From: Blastocatellia bacterium
GTDB taxonomy: Bacteria > Acidobacteriota > Blastocatellia > UBA7656
Assembly: GCA_963765495.1 (NCBI GenBank)
Contig: CAVXWP010000016.1
Coordinates: 160,001-224,000 of the forward strand
Length of the DNA stretch: 64,000 nt
Direction: 5' to 3'
Both the position numbers and the translations under genes were made by a program. How positions within the stretch are numbered: the stretch's first letter is position 1; each line of letters begins with the position of its first letter. A model generated the notes under the pieces. That model worked only from the letters and a program-made list of their open reading frames with translations, did not search any database and had not been told where the DNA came from. This document shows positions 29,475 through 38,235 of this stretch, piece by piece.

Positions 29475-30930
29475 ACTGTTGGGCCAGTTCTTCCCACTCC
29501 GTGTGGATAGGCTCGCCGCCGGGCTGATCCAGGCGCTGATAGGTGTGCGAGCCGAAGAAGTCGCGCTGCGCCTGCGTGAGGTTCAGCGGGAGGTTGGCCG
29601 TGCGATAGGCATCGAAATAGGCAAGGCTTGCAGACATTGCCGTCGCCGGAATGCCGCGCGATTGCGCTATGGTGACCGCCTGCCGCCAGCGCGGCTGCGC
29701 GTCGAGCACCCACGCCTTGAAATCATCGTCGAGCAGGAGGTTTGGCAGGTCGGGCCGGCGCTGATAGGCCTGCTTGATCTTGTCGAGGAACTGAGCCCGG
29801 ATGATGCATCCGCCTTTCCATATGCGGCTCACTTCGCCGAGATTTATGTCCCAGCCGTACTCCTCCGCGCCCCTGCGAATCACATTCATGCCTTGCGCGT
29901 AAGAGCAAATCTTCGACGCATAAAGCGCATCGTGAACCGCCTTTATAAACTCGTCGCGGTCGCCCGTATACTCGCTCACGTCGGGGCCGGGCAGATGTTT
30001 GCTCGCTTCGACGCGCTCGTCCTTGCGCATCGAAAGCACGCGCATATCGACCGCCGCCTGCATGGTCGGAATCACAATGCCCAGATTTAGCGCGACCTCA
30101 GATGTCCATCGCCCGGTTCCCTTCTGCGCCGCCGCGTCGAGTATCTGATCTACGAGCGGCTTGCCCGTTTGGGGATCGTTTACCGTAAAAATCTTTGCGG
30201 TGATTTCGATGAGGAACGAGTTGAGCGGGCCTTCATTCCATTTTGAGAACACCTCGGCAAGTTCCGGGGCCTGCATTCCGAGCACGTTTCTGAGAAGGTC
30301 GTAGCCTTCGGCTATAAGCTCCATATCGCCGTACTCGATGCCGTTGTGAACCATCTTGACGAAATGGCCTGCGCCGTCCGATCCGATATAGGTGACGCAC
30401 GGGCCGTCATCGACCTGCGCGGCTATCTTTTCCCAGATGGGTCTAAGATTTTCGTAGGCTTCGCGGTCCCCGCCCGGCATAAGCGACGGTCCCCACAGAG
30501 CGCCTTTCTCTCCGCCCGACACGCCGCAGCCTATAAAGTTGAAGCCTTCGGCCTTTAGGTCTTTTTCGCGCCTTCGAGTGTTCTCGAAGAAAGAGTTGCC
30601 TCCGTCAATGATGATGTCGCCCTGTTCGAGATGGGGCTTGAGTTGCTCGATTACGGCATCGACGGCCCCGCCCGCCTTGACCAGAAGGATGATCTTGCGC
30701 GGTTTCTCAAGCGAATTGACAAACTCTTCGATTGAGTAAGCGCCTATAACCTGCTGGCCTTCGGCATGGCTCTGGGCGCGGTTGAGGAACTTGTCTACCT
30801 TTGTCGTATCACGGTTGTAAACTGCTATAGGGTATCCGTTGCGCGCGATGTTCAGCGCGAGGTTTTCTCCCATCACGGCCAGTCCAACCATTCCTATTTT
30901 TGCTAGTTCAGCTTTGGTCGTTGCACTCAT
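29473..30930 (-). CDS. gnd: 6-phosphogluconate dehydrogenase, decarboxylating (long form), copy 1
   Basis: GLAVMG, NRD, IIDGGNS, VSGGE, VKMVHNGIEYGDM, QAQRDFFGSH. Confidence 0.96.
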   Translation of the reverse strand: MSATTKAELAKIGMVGLAVMGENLALNIARNGYPIAVYNRDTTKVDKFLNRAQSHAEGQQVIGAYSIEEFVNSLEKPRKIILLVKAGGAVDAVIEQLKPHLEQGDIIIDGGNSFFENTRRREKDLKAEGFNFIGCGVSGGEKGALWGPSLMPGGDREAYENLRPIWEKIAAQVDDGPCVTYIGSDGAGHFVKMVHNGIEYGDMELIAEGYDLLRNVLGMQAPELAEVFSKWNEGPLNSFLIEITAKIFTVNDPQTGKPLVDQILDAAAQKGTGRWTSEVALNLGIVIPTMQAAVDMRVLSMRKDERVEASKHLPGPDVSEYTGDRDEFIKAVHDALYASKICSYAQGMNVIRRGAEEYGWDINLGEVSRIWKGGCIIRAQFLDKIKQAYQRRPDLPNLLLDDDFKAWVLDAQPRWRQAVTIAQSRGIPATAMSASLAYFDAYRTANLPLNLTQAQRDFFGSHTYQRLDQPGGEPIHTEWEELAQQ

Positions 30931-31070
30931 GTGTTCTACCTCTGTGCCAAATGTGGCAATCTATAGTTAAAGACGCGCCTACCGGGGGCGCAGGATAAAT
31001 CATCGCTACCCAGAAAATCAGGGCGATAATCGCTTGAAATAACTCAGTGTTTCAATCTCTAATGCGCTCA

Positions 31071-31195
31071 CGTAATTCGTGAATCGTGAATCGTGATGCG
31101 TGAATCGTGAATCGTGATTCGTGACTTTTAGGCGGGTTGCAGGTTAAAGACAACTTGCAAGCCCGGTCAATCACGCATCACGCATCACGCATCAC
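31071..31195. repeat. Inverted heptamer-array element, family A copy 2
   Basis: (tcgtgaa)n-core-(tcacgca)n. Core is a reverse-complement homolog of 10955-11010. Contains the pgl stop codon. Confidence 0.8.
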
Positions 31196-31997
31196 TTTTC
31201 GTCTCGCTCAACTGGCTGGCGGCGGCTTCGTCCACCATCCAGAGCAGCGACCCGTTGCGCGGACGAATCATCTGGCTTGGATATAGGTCAGGCTGATACG
31301 GCCCTTCGAGCACGGCCTTGAGCGTTTCGGCCTTATCGCCTCCTCCGGCGACAAACGTCACATTGCGCGCATTGTTGATCGTGGCCGCCGTCAGGGTGAT
31401 TCGATATGCGTCGAACTTCTCTACAAAATTGGATACGGCGATCTGCTCGCCCGCGTGTAGAGCGGTCGTTCCCGGGAAAAGCGATGCCGTGTGCCCGTCA
31501 GGCCCCATCCCCAGAAACACCAGGTCGAATCGGGGCAGCAGGGCGAGCGGCGCGGTCCCGGTTCGCGAGGCTCCCGCGCCAGTCAGGAAAAAATTTCTGA
31601 GCGTGGTCGAATACTCTTCCGCCGCCGCTTCGTGGTCTTCCATCTCGGCCGGGATTCGAAATACGTTCTCTTCGGGGATCGCTACTTTTGAAAGCAGCGT
31701 CTCACGCGCCATGCGGTAATTGCTGTCCTGATGATCGGGCGGCACGCATCTTTCATCGCCCCAGAAGAAATAGATCGACGACCAGGGAACCGTTTCCGCA
31801 TAAGGCTCGGCGGCAAGCAGCGAAAACATCGCTCGCGGAGTAGAGCCGCCCGAAAGGGCCACGGTGAAATGACCGCAGCCGATCACATACTGGTCGGCCA
31901 GCCGCGCAAACGCCCGCGCAGCCTTAAGGGCCAGCTCGTTTGCGTCGCGGTAGACGCGCACCTGCGCATCGCTTTTGTTCAGCATCTTTGTTGACAT
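31185..31997 (-). CDS. pgl: 6-phosphogluconolactonase
   Basis: ALSGGSTP, FWGDERCVP, SNYRM, LGMGPDGHTASLFP, RITLT. Start approximate. Confidence 0.95.
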   Translation of the reverse strand: MSTKMLNKSDAQVRVYRDANELALKAARAFARLADQYVIGCGHFTVALSGGSTPRAMFSLLAAEPYAETVPWSSIYFFWGDERCVPPDHQDSNYRMARETLLSKVAIPEENVFRIPAEMEDHEAAAEEYSTTLRNFFLTGAGASRTGTAPLALLPRFDLVFLGMGPDGHTASLFPGTTALHAGEQIAVSNFVEKFDAYRITLTAATINNARNVTFVAGGGDKAETLKAVLEGPYQPDLYPSQMIRPRNGSLLWMVDEAAASQLSETKSDA

Positions 31998-32023
31998 ACT
32001 CATCCTTTCAATCGGCTTCGCCC

Positions 32024-32770
32024 TCAGTGCTGCTTCTGCCGCCAGAGCCACGCCCCGCCTTTTACCCCGCACTCGTTAGAGACTATCTTGATGTCGGGCG
32101 GCAGCTTGAAATCGAGCTTGCTGGCGTTGCCGCCTCCGATATAGAGCTTGTCGAAATTTGTCAGGATTCGGAGATTTTCTATGGCCTTCTGCACGCGGCG
32201 ATTCCATTTCTTGCGGCCTATCTTCTTCAAGGCTCTGGCTCCGAGTTGCTCGTCATAGGACTGCTCTTTGCGGAAAGGCGTATGCGAGATTTCAAGGTGC
32301 GGCCCCAGTTGACCCTCTACGAAAAGGGCTGAACCAAACCCGGTTCCGAGCGTTATGACCATCTCGACGCCCTCGCCTCCGATGGCTCCGAGCCCCTGCA
32401 TATCGGCATCGTTTACGGCGCGCACGGGTTTCCCGAGGCGAGCGGAAAGCTCGCCCGCCAGATCGAACCCTCTTAAAATTTCAGTCCCGAGATTAGGCGC
32501 GGTAATGATCTTTCCATTGCGCACGACGCCGGGAAATCCGACCGACACCATATCATAATTCTGGAGCGGCTCTACAAGCTCGACCAGTTTCTCAAGCAGA
32601 ACCTCGGGCAGGCAAGGGTGCGGGGTCTTGATCCTGACGCGCTCGGTCGTCATCTCGCCTTCGGAATTCAAAATAGCCGCTTTTAGTCCAGACCCTCCAA
32701 TATCAATAGCCAGAATGCCGGTATCGGGTTGCTCCTGATCTTCAGATACCGACTGTTGTTTTGTAGCCAT
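32024..32770 (-). CDS. ROK-family sugar kinase, polyphosphate glucokinase-like
   Basis: AIDIGGSGLK, GFPGVV, NDADMQG, TLGTGFGSA, HLEISH, YIGGGN. Confidence 0.8.
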   Translation of the reverse strand: MATKQQSVSEDQEQPDTGILAIDIGGSGLKAAILNSEGEMTTERVRIKTPHPCLPEVLLEKLVELVEPLQNYDMVSVGFPGVVRNGKIITAPNLGTEILRGFDLAGELSARLGKPVRAVNDADMQGLGAIGGEGVEMVITLGTGFGSALFVEGQLGPHLEISHTPFRKEQSYDEQLGARALKKIGRKKWNRRVQKAIENLRILTNFDKLYIGGGNASKLDFKLPPDIKIVSNECGVKGGAWLWRQKQH

Positions 32771-32813
32771 AGATTCTCCTTTCAGATTTCAGCGGCCGAA
32801 TCCGGTTGTTCTG

Positions 32814-34262
32814 TCATTTCAGTATAGATTCGGCCCATTCGGTATGTAAGTGCCCCCGTTCGGGATGATCTACGCGCTCGTATGTGTGAGCGCCAAAATA
32901 ATCTCGTTGCGCCTGCGTAAGATTTTGCGGCAGGTTGGCCGTGCGATAACTGTCAAAGTAGGCAAGGCTCGCCGACATCGCGGGCACAGGAATGCCCATA
33001 TTCACAGCCGTCTTTACGGCGAATCGCCAGTTAGCCTGAGACGATTGTATCCATCGGTTGAACTCGTCGTCTTGCAGCAGGTTGGGCAAATCCGGGCGGC
33101 GATTGTATGCGTTCATGATCGAGTCCAGGAATCGAGCGCGGATGATACACCCGCCTTTCCATATGCGCGCCATCTCGCTCAGGTTTACATCCCAGTTGTA
33201 CTCCTCAGACCCCCTGCGAATCAGGTTCAACCCTTGCGCGTAAGAGCAAATCTTTGACGCATAGAGCGCGTCGCGAACGGCGGTGATGAGTTTCGCCCGG
33301 TCACTTCGCGAGCGGCTCGTGCGCGGGCCTTTGATCTTTTTGCTCGCGATAACGCGCTCTTCTTTTATGCTCGAAAGCACGCGCGCGTCCAGCGCGGCGG
33401 CAATCGTAGGGATAGGTATTCCGAAATCGAGCGCCACCTGCGCCGTCCACTTGCCCGTGCCTTTCTGTTCGGCCTTGTCGAGCACGAGGTCAACGAGCGG
33501 ATTGCCGGTCTCTTCGTCTCTTGCTCGGAAAATCTTTGCGGTTATTTCAATCAGGAATGATTCGAGAAGCCCTTCGTTCCACTGCTCGAACACTTCGGCG
33601 AGTTCCGAAGCATTCATCCCGAGCCCGCGTCGAAGCATGTCGTAGGCTTCGGCGATCAACTGCATGTCGCCGTATTCGATGCCGTTGTGAACCATCTTGA
33701 CGAAATGGCCCGCGCCGTCCGGTCCGACGTATGTCACGCAGGGCCCCGAATCGGTCTTTGCCGCAATCGCTTCAAAGATATTGCGGACGTGCTCATATGC
33801 CTCGCGCGCCCCGCCGGGCATAAGCGAGGGTCCGTGGCGAGCGCCTTCTTCGCCGCCCGATACGCCCGACCCGAAGAAGTTCAAGCCCTCTTCACGAAGA
33901 GCGGCCTCGCGTCGCTGGGTGTCTTTAAAAAACGAGTTCCCGCCGTCAATCAGGATGTCGCCTTCGTCGAGCAACGATTTGATGTTGGCGATTGTAATGT
34001 CAACCGGCCCGCCCGCTTTGATCATCATCATTATACGGCGCGGTCGTTCGAGCGCGTCCGCGAAATCCGCGAGCGTCTTCGTGCCGATCAACTGTTTTTC
34101 CTGATTCTCGCTTATGAAACTGTCAACCCATTCGGGTTCGAGGTTCCAGACCGTAACCGGGAACCCGTGCTCTTCTACGTTCAAGGCGAGGTTTCGGCCC
34201 ATAACGCCGAGACCTATCATGCCGAATTGCCCCTGTTTTGCTTTGGCTAAACTCGTTGACAT
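32814..34262 (-). CDS. gnd: 6-phosphogluconate dehydrogenase, decarboxylating (long form), copy 2
   Basis: GLGVMG, IDGGNS, VSGGEEG, VKMVHNGIEYGDM, QAQRDYFGAH. NLE at the cofactor fingerprint. Confidence 0.95.
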   Translation of the reverse strand: MSTSLAKAKQGQFGMIGLGVMGRNLALNVEEHGFPVTVWNLEPEWVDSFISENQEKQLIGTKTLADFADALERPRRIMMMIKAGGPVDITIANIKSLLDEGDILIDGGNSFFKDTQRREAALREEGLNFFGSGVSGGEEGARHGPSLMPGGAREAYEHVRNIFEAIAAKTDSGPCVTYVGPDGAGHFVKMVHNGIEYGDMQLIAEAYDMLRRGLGMNASELAEVFEQWNEGLLESFLIEITAKIFRARDEETGNPLVDLVLDKAEQKGTGKWTAQVALDFGIPIPTIAAALDARVLSSIKEERVIASKKIKGPRTSRSRSDRAKLITAVRDALYASKICSYAQGLNLIRRGSEEYNWDVNLSEMARIWKGGCIIRARFLDSIMNAYNRRPDLPNLLQDDEFNRWIQSSQANWRFAVKTAVNMGIPVPAMSASLAYFDSYRTANLPQNLTQAQRDYFGAHTYERVDHPERGHLHTEWAESILK

Positions 34263-34288
34263 CTCTGTTTTCTCCCTCTCGCCCGGAT

Positions 34289-35107
34289 TCAAATTCCGGC
34301 TGATTGATATGCGCCCAGTACGTGTTTTTCGATCCCACGCGCCCAGCCTTCGTCGTCGTTGGAACTCGTGGTGCGGTTAGCCTGCGCGCGCACTTCGTCT
34401 ACGGCCTGTCCCATGGCTATGCTGAGGGCGGCCTCCCTGAACATCTCCACATCGTTTGGCCCGTCGCCAATGACGGCTATCTGCTCGGTCGGTATCCCAA
34501 AGACCTCAGACAACCGGACGATGACATTGCCTTTGTGCCAGCCGTAGGATGTTACATCAAGAAAGCGCGGCTTGGAACGCGATGCCGACACTTTGGCGTC
34601 GAGGTCGGCAAGCACGCGCTCTTCGGCGATGGCGACAAGCTCAGGCTTGCCGACCACGGTCAGCTTGTTGAGCGGTCCTGCTATTACTCGATTGTAGTCT
34701 TCCATATTTGGGCTGAAGCCCGACGTATGCTCTTCACGGTCCACAAAGGGGGTGCGCTCAGAGGCATACCATTCGGATTCGTCATAAAGCCAGACGCCGA
34801 TTCCAAGATCATCCGCTATCGCTTTTATGTGAGCGATCGTATCAGGCTCTATCTTTTTGCTTGCCATGACCTCCCCGTCAGATGTGATTACGAGCGCGCC
34901 GTTGAAGGCGGCAAAAGGCGAGTGAAGGTTGAGCGATTCGGCAAGCGGGCGGATGCTGCGCGGCGGGCGCGAACTGGCGAGCGAAAGCTTTATGCCCCGC
35001 TCGTACAGTTTCGCCGCCGTCTCCTTTGTGCGCTGAGTTATTTCGTGATTGGAAGTGATGAGTGTGCCATCAATGTCGGAAACGACAAGCGCGATATTAT
35101 TAGGCAT
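34289..35107 (-). CDS. Cof-type HAD-IIB hydrolase (sugar phosphatase)
   Basis: SDIDGTL, ASSRP, NGAL, HKG, IGDGPNDVEM. Confidence 0.9.
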   Translation of the reverse strand: MPNNIALVVSDIDGTLITSNHEITQRTKETAAKLYERGIKLSLASSRPPRSIRPLAESLNLHSPFAAFNGALVITSDGEVMASKKIEPDTIAHIKAIADDLGIGVWLYDESEWYASERTPFVDREEHTSGFSPNMEDYNRVIAGPLNKLTVVGKPELVAIAEERVLADLDAKVSASRSKPRFLDVTSYGWHKGNVIVRLSEVFGIPTEQIAVIGDGPNDVEMFREAALSIAMGQAVDEVRAQANRTTSSNDDEGWARGIEKHVLGAYQSAGI

Positions 35108-35129
35108 AAGTTTTATCCTGCGGTCGAAA

Positions 35130-35224
35130 CGTGATGCGTGATCGGTGACGCGTGATTTACCGGACTTGCAAGTCTGGTAACCTTGCGGTCTGGCCAAAAA
35201 TCACGCGTCACGCGTCACCGATCA
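35130..35224. repeat. Inverted heptamer-array element, family A copy 3
   Basis: gtgatgcgtgatcggtgacgcgtgatttaccggacttgcaag...aaaaatcacgcgtcacgcgtcaccgatca. Confidence 0.75.
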
Positions 35225-35262
35225 ATCTTAAATTCATTTTCACCAGCCTCTGACGGTCAGAT

Positions 35263-38181
35263 TCACCCGGCCTGCCCCGCCACGATTGGAAGCCCGTTCT
35301 GAACTATCTCTAAAATGGCCTTGAGCCCGGCCTCGGCATCCGTTCCCAGGTGAACGCGAATCGCCCTGCGATTGCGGCTCGCAAGCGAGTGGAAATCTCC
35401 GAGCGCCTGCGCCTGCTTGAGCACGCCGAACGTATAAGGCTCGCCCGGTATGGGCACATCCTTCTTCGCATCCGCAGTCAATTGAAGGAAGACCCCGCTT
35501 GCAGGCCCCCCCTTGTGCAATTGCCCTGTCGAATGCAGGAAGCGCGGGCCGTAACCTGTCGTGGTCGCAACTTTGAGCGCGTCGCGCAGATGCACGCGAA
35601 TCGCCTGAATCGCCGCCTCGTGTTCGGCGCTCTCTTGAATGTAATCGCATAAAGCGACGTAATCTCCTTCGCCCGCCCGTTTCAAATGAGCCACGATAAA
35701 GTCTGCAATCGAAAGACCTGCTCCAAGCTCTTGAATCGTGTCGCTGCTTGCAAGCGCAGTCAGCCCCCTTCCCTGTGCGGCTTCATCCTGTTCAGGGAGC
35801 GCGCCGTTGGTTTTATATTCTTCGAGCAAGTGACGTGTGTTGTCTTTGCTCTCCTGAACATTCGGCTGATCGAAGGCATCTATCCCGATTATCACCCCGG
35901 CTATGGCCGTCGAAAGCTCCCATACGTAAAACTCTTCGCCGAGATCGAGCGCGTCGTGAAGCGTACGGCGAACCACCGGATGGCCTGCTCCTTCCAGCGC
36001 CCGAAGCTTTGCATCGGTGTCGGGATCGGGCGGTCCCACACTGATATGCACAAAGAGCCGGTCATTGCCGTAAACCGAGGGCGCTCCAAGCGGCTCGCCC
36101 GCGATTGGTATAATGCCCTTGCCTTCTTTCCCCGTGCTTTCGGCTATCAACTGCTCGACCCAGAGCCCGAGCGATGAAATTTCAGGCGAGGTCGAAAGCG
36201 TCAGCTTATCGCGTCCGGCATCCGCGCAAACGCCCAGAATAGTGCCGAGCCTCACGGCCGGATTATCGGCGGCCGGGATGTAGTGGGCGCAGGCGTGAAC
36301 GGCGCGGTCGGCGCGGTCGAGAAGGGCTTTGAATCCAAACCCTTGCAAGGCCGCCGGCACCATGCCGAAATAGGTTAGCGCCGAATAACGCCCGCCTATG
36401 TCTGCCGGGTTCAGGAAGATTCGACGGAAGCCGTCGCCTTTGGCCATCTGCTCCATCAGTGTGTCCGGGTCGGTTATGGCGATGAAGTTTTCGCCCGCCC
36501 GCTCTCCCTTGATCCGGCGCACGCGATCAAAGAAGTATTTGTAAAAGACAAGCGGCTCGGTTGTCGTACCCGACTTGCTCGACACGATAAAGAGCGTATG
36601 CTCCATATCAATCCGGCTTTCAAAATCCGCCACCGTATCGGGGTCTGTGCTGTCGAGCACGTGTAGCTGCGGATAGTCTTCGCGTTTGCCGAATGTGCGG
36701 CGGAAGACTTCCGGGCAGAGACTGCTGCCGCCCATGCCTAAAAGCATTACGTGAGTAAACCCGTCGCCGCGCACGCGGTCGGCAAAAGCCGAAAGCTCGT
36801 CTGAGGCTTCAAGCATCTGGTCCACAACCGTTACCCACCCGAGAGCATTCTTGATGATCTTCTTATGCTGTTCGTCATCCTTCCACAGGGTCGCGTCTTT
36901 GTTCCAGATGCGGCGTACCCACTGCTCTTTTTCGGCTCGCTGAATCGCCCCCTGCACCTCCTCACCGTAGGCTCCAAGCGTCGCGGTCTGGCGTTCGAGC
37001 AGTCCGCTTGTGATGGCCGCCTGCTTTGAAGATATGCTGCCGATCAAGCCGCGAAATGCGTCAATAAATGCCTGGACCGCTTCCTCCTGTAATTTGCGCG
37101 TAACATCTTTGAGGTCGATTCCGATCTCGGTCAGCTTGTTGATAACGGCTCGCGCCCCGTCCACATCTTCTTCGAGGCTGAGGCGTGACTTGCCGTGATC
37201 GCGAAAGGCTGTGAAGGTGGCCGGAGGCACGGTGTTGACCGTTTTCGGCCCGATCAACTCCTCTACGTAATAGACGTCGCTGTAGGCGGGATTCTTTGTC
37301 CCGGTGCTTGCCCAAAGAGGCCGCTGGACCTGAGCGCCGCCCGCCCGCAGTTTTTCGAACCGCTCGCTTTCAAAGAGTTCTTTGAATCGCCGATAAAGCA
37401 GTTTCGTATTTGCAATCGCCGCCTTGCCAAGTAGCGCGGAAAGCGTGGCTTTCTCTTCTTCATCGCTTGAGCGGCGAATGCGGAATTCGAGTTGATTGTC
37501 TACGGCAGTGTCGACGCGGCTGACGAACACGGATGCGACCGAGGCTACGTGATCGAGAGGATCGCCTGCGGCGGCTCTCTCTTCAAGTCCGCTGATATAG
37601 GCTTCGGCCACTTCATCATAAGTCTCCTGAGAAAAGATCAGCGTGACGTTTATGTTTATGCCTGCGGCGATCAGGGCCTTGATTGCCGGGATGCCTTCCT
37701 TTGTGCCCGGAACTTTTATCATCGCGTTCCTGCGGTCGAGCGCCGCCCATAACCGCTTGGCCTCGGCTATCGTGCCTTCGGTGTCTTCGGCAAGTAACGG
37801 CGATACTTCGAGGCTCACGTATCCGTCTATCCTGTCGGTCATCGCATAGACGGGCGCGAACAGATCGGTGGTTCGCTGTATGTCTTCGATCACCAGAGCC
37901 TCATAGATCTCCTGCACATCCCTGCCTTCGGCTATAAGCCCGCGCATCGATTCGTCGTAGTCTGTGCTTCCGGCAATGGCTTTCTCGAAGATGGCCGGGT
38001 TCGAGGTTACGCCGCGCAGATCGTCTCCGCCGACTTTCTGCATAAGGTTCGATGTTACACCTTTAGGCAGACCGCCGATTTTGCGGGCAAGGTCGCCCGT
38101 ATCAATAAGGGCGCGGCGGATATTGTCATACCAGATGCTTTGCCCGAGCTTCTGTAGTTCGACCAGTGGATTCTCGCTCAT
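35263..38181 (-). CDS. tal-pgi: Bifunctional transaldolase / glucose-6-phosphate isomerase
   Basis: GQSIWYDN, GVTSNPAIF, SLEVSP, MIKVP, NVTLIFS, RPLWASTGTKNP; then GMGGSSL, SSKSGTTTE, GGRYS, EQLIAESTGK, HSTGQLHKGG. Confidence 0.93.
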   Translation of the reverse strand: MSENPLVELQKLGQSIWYDNIRRALIDTGDLARKIGGLPKGVTSNLMQKVGGDDLRGVTSNPAIFEKAIAGSTDYDESMRGLIAEGRDVQEIYEALVIEDIQRTTDLFAPVYAMTDRIDGYVSLEVSPLLAEDTEGTIAEAKRLWAALDRRNAMIKVPGTKEGIPAIKALIAAGININVTLIFSQETYDEVAEAYISGLEERAAAGDPLDHVASVASVFVSRVDTAVDNQLEFRIRRSSDEEEKATLSALLGKAAIANTKLLYRRFKELFESERFEKLRAGGAQVQRPLWASTGTKNPAYSDVYYVEELIGPKTVNTVPPATFTAFRDHGKSRLSLEEDVDGARAVINKLTEIGIDLKDVTRKLQEEAVQAFIDAFRGLIGSISSKQAAITSGLLERQTATLGAYGEEVQGAIQRAEKEQWVRRIWNKDATLWKDDEQHKKIIKNALGWVTVVDQMLEASDELSAFADRVRGDGFTHVMLLGMGGSSLCPEVFRRTFGKREDYPQLHVLDSTDPDTVADFESRIDMEHTLFIVSSKSGTTTEPLVFYKYFFDRVRRIKGERAGENFIAITDPDTLMEQMAKGDGFRRIFLNPADIGGRYSALTYFGMVPAALQGFGFKALLDRADRAVHACAHYIPAADNPAVRLGTILGVCADAGRDKLTLSTSPEISSLGLWVEQLIAESTGKEGKGIIPIAGEPLGAPSVYGNDRLFVHISVGPPDPDTDAKLRALEGAGHPVVRRTLHDALDLGEEFYVWELSTAIAGVIIGIDAFDQPNVQESKDNTRHLLEEYKTNGALPEQDEAAQGRGLTALASSDTIQELGAGLSIADFIVAHLKRAGEGDYVALCDYIQESAEHEAAIQAIRVHLRDALKVATTTGYGPRFLHSTGQLHKGGPASGVFLQLTADAKKDVPIPGEPYTFGVLKQAQALGDFHSLASRNRRAIRVHLGTDAEAGLKAILEIVQNGLPIVAGQAG

Positions 38182-38235
38182 AAGTCCTCCTCCTGCTGAC
38201 TGTTCTGAATGGTGAAAAGTTGAATCGTTCGACTA

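Noticed and set aside
22483-29527. Long + strand ORFs (22483, 24124, 26730, 28577)
   Set aside because: Antisense shadows of well-supported minus-strand genes, expected at this GC content.
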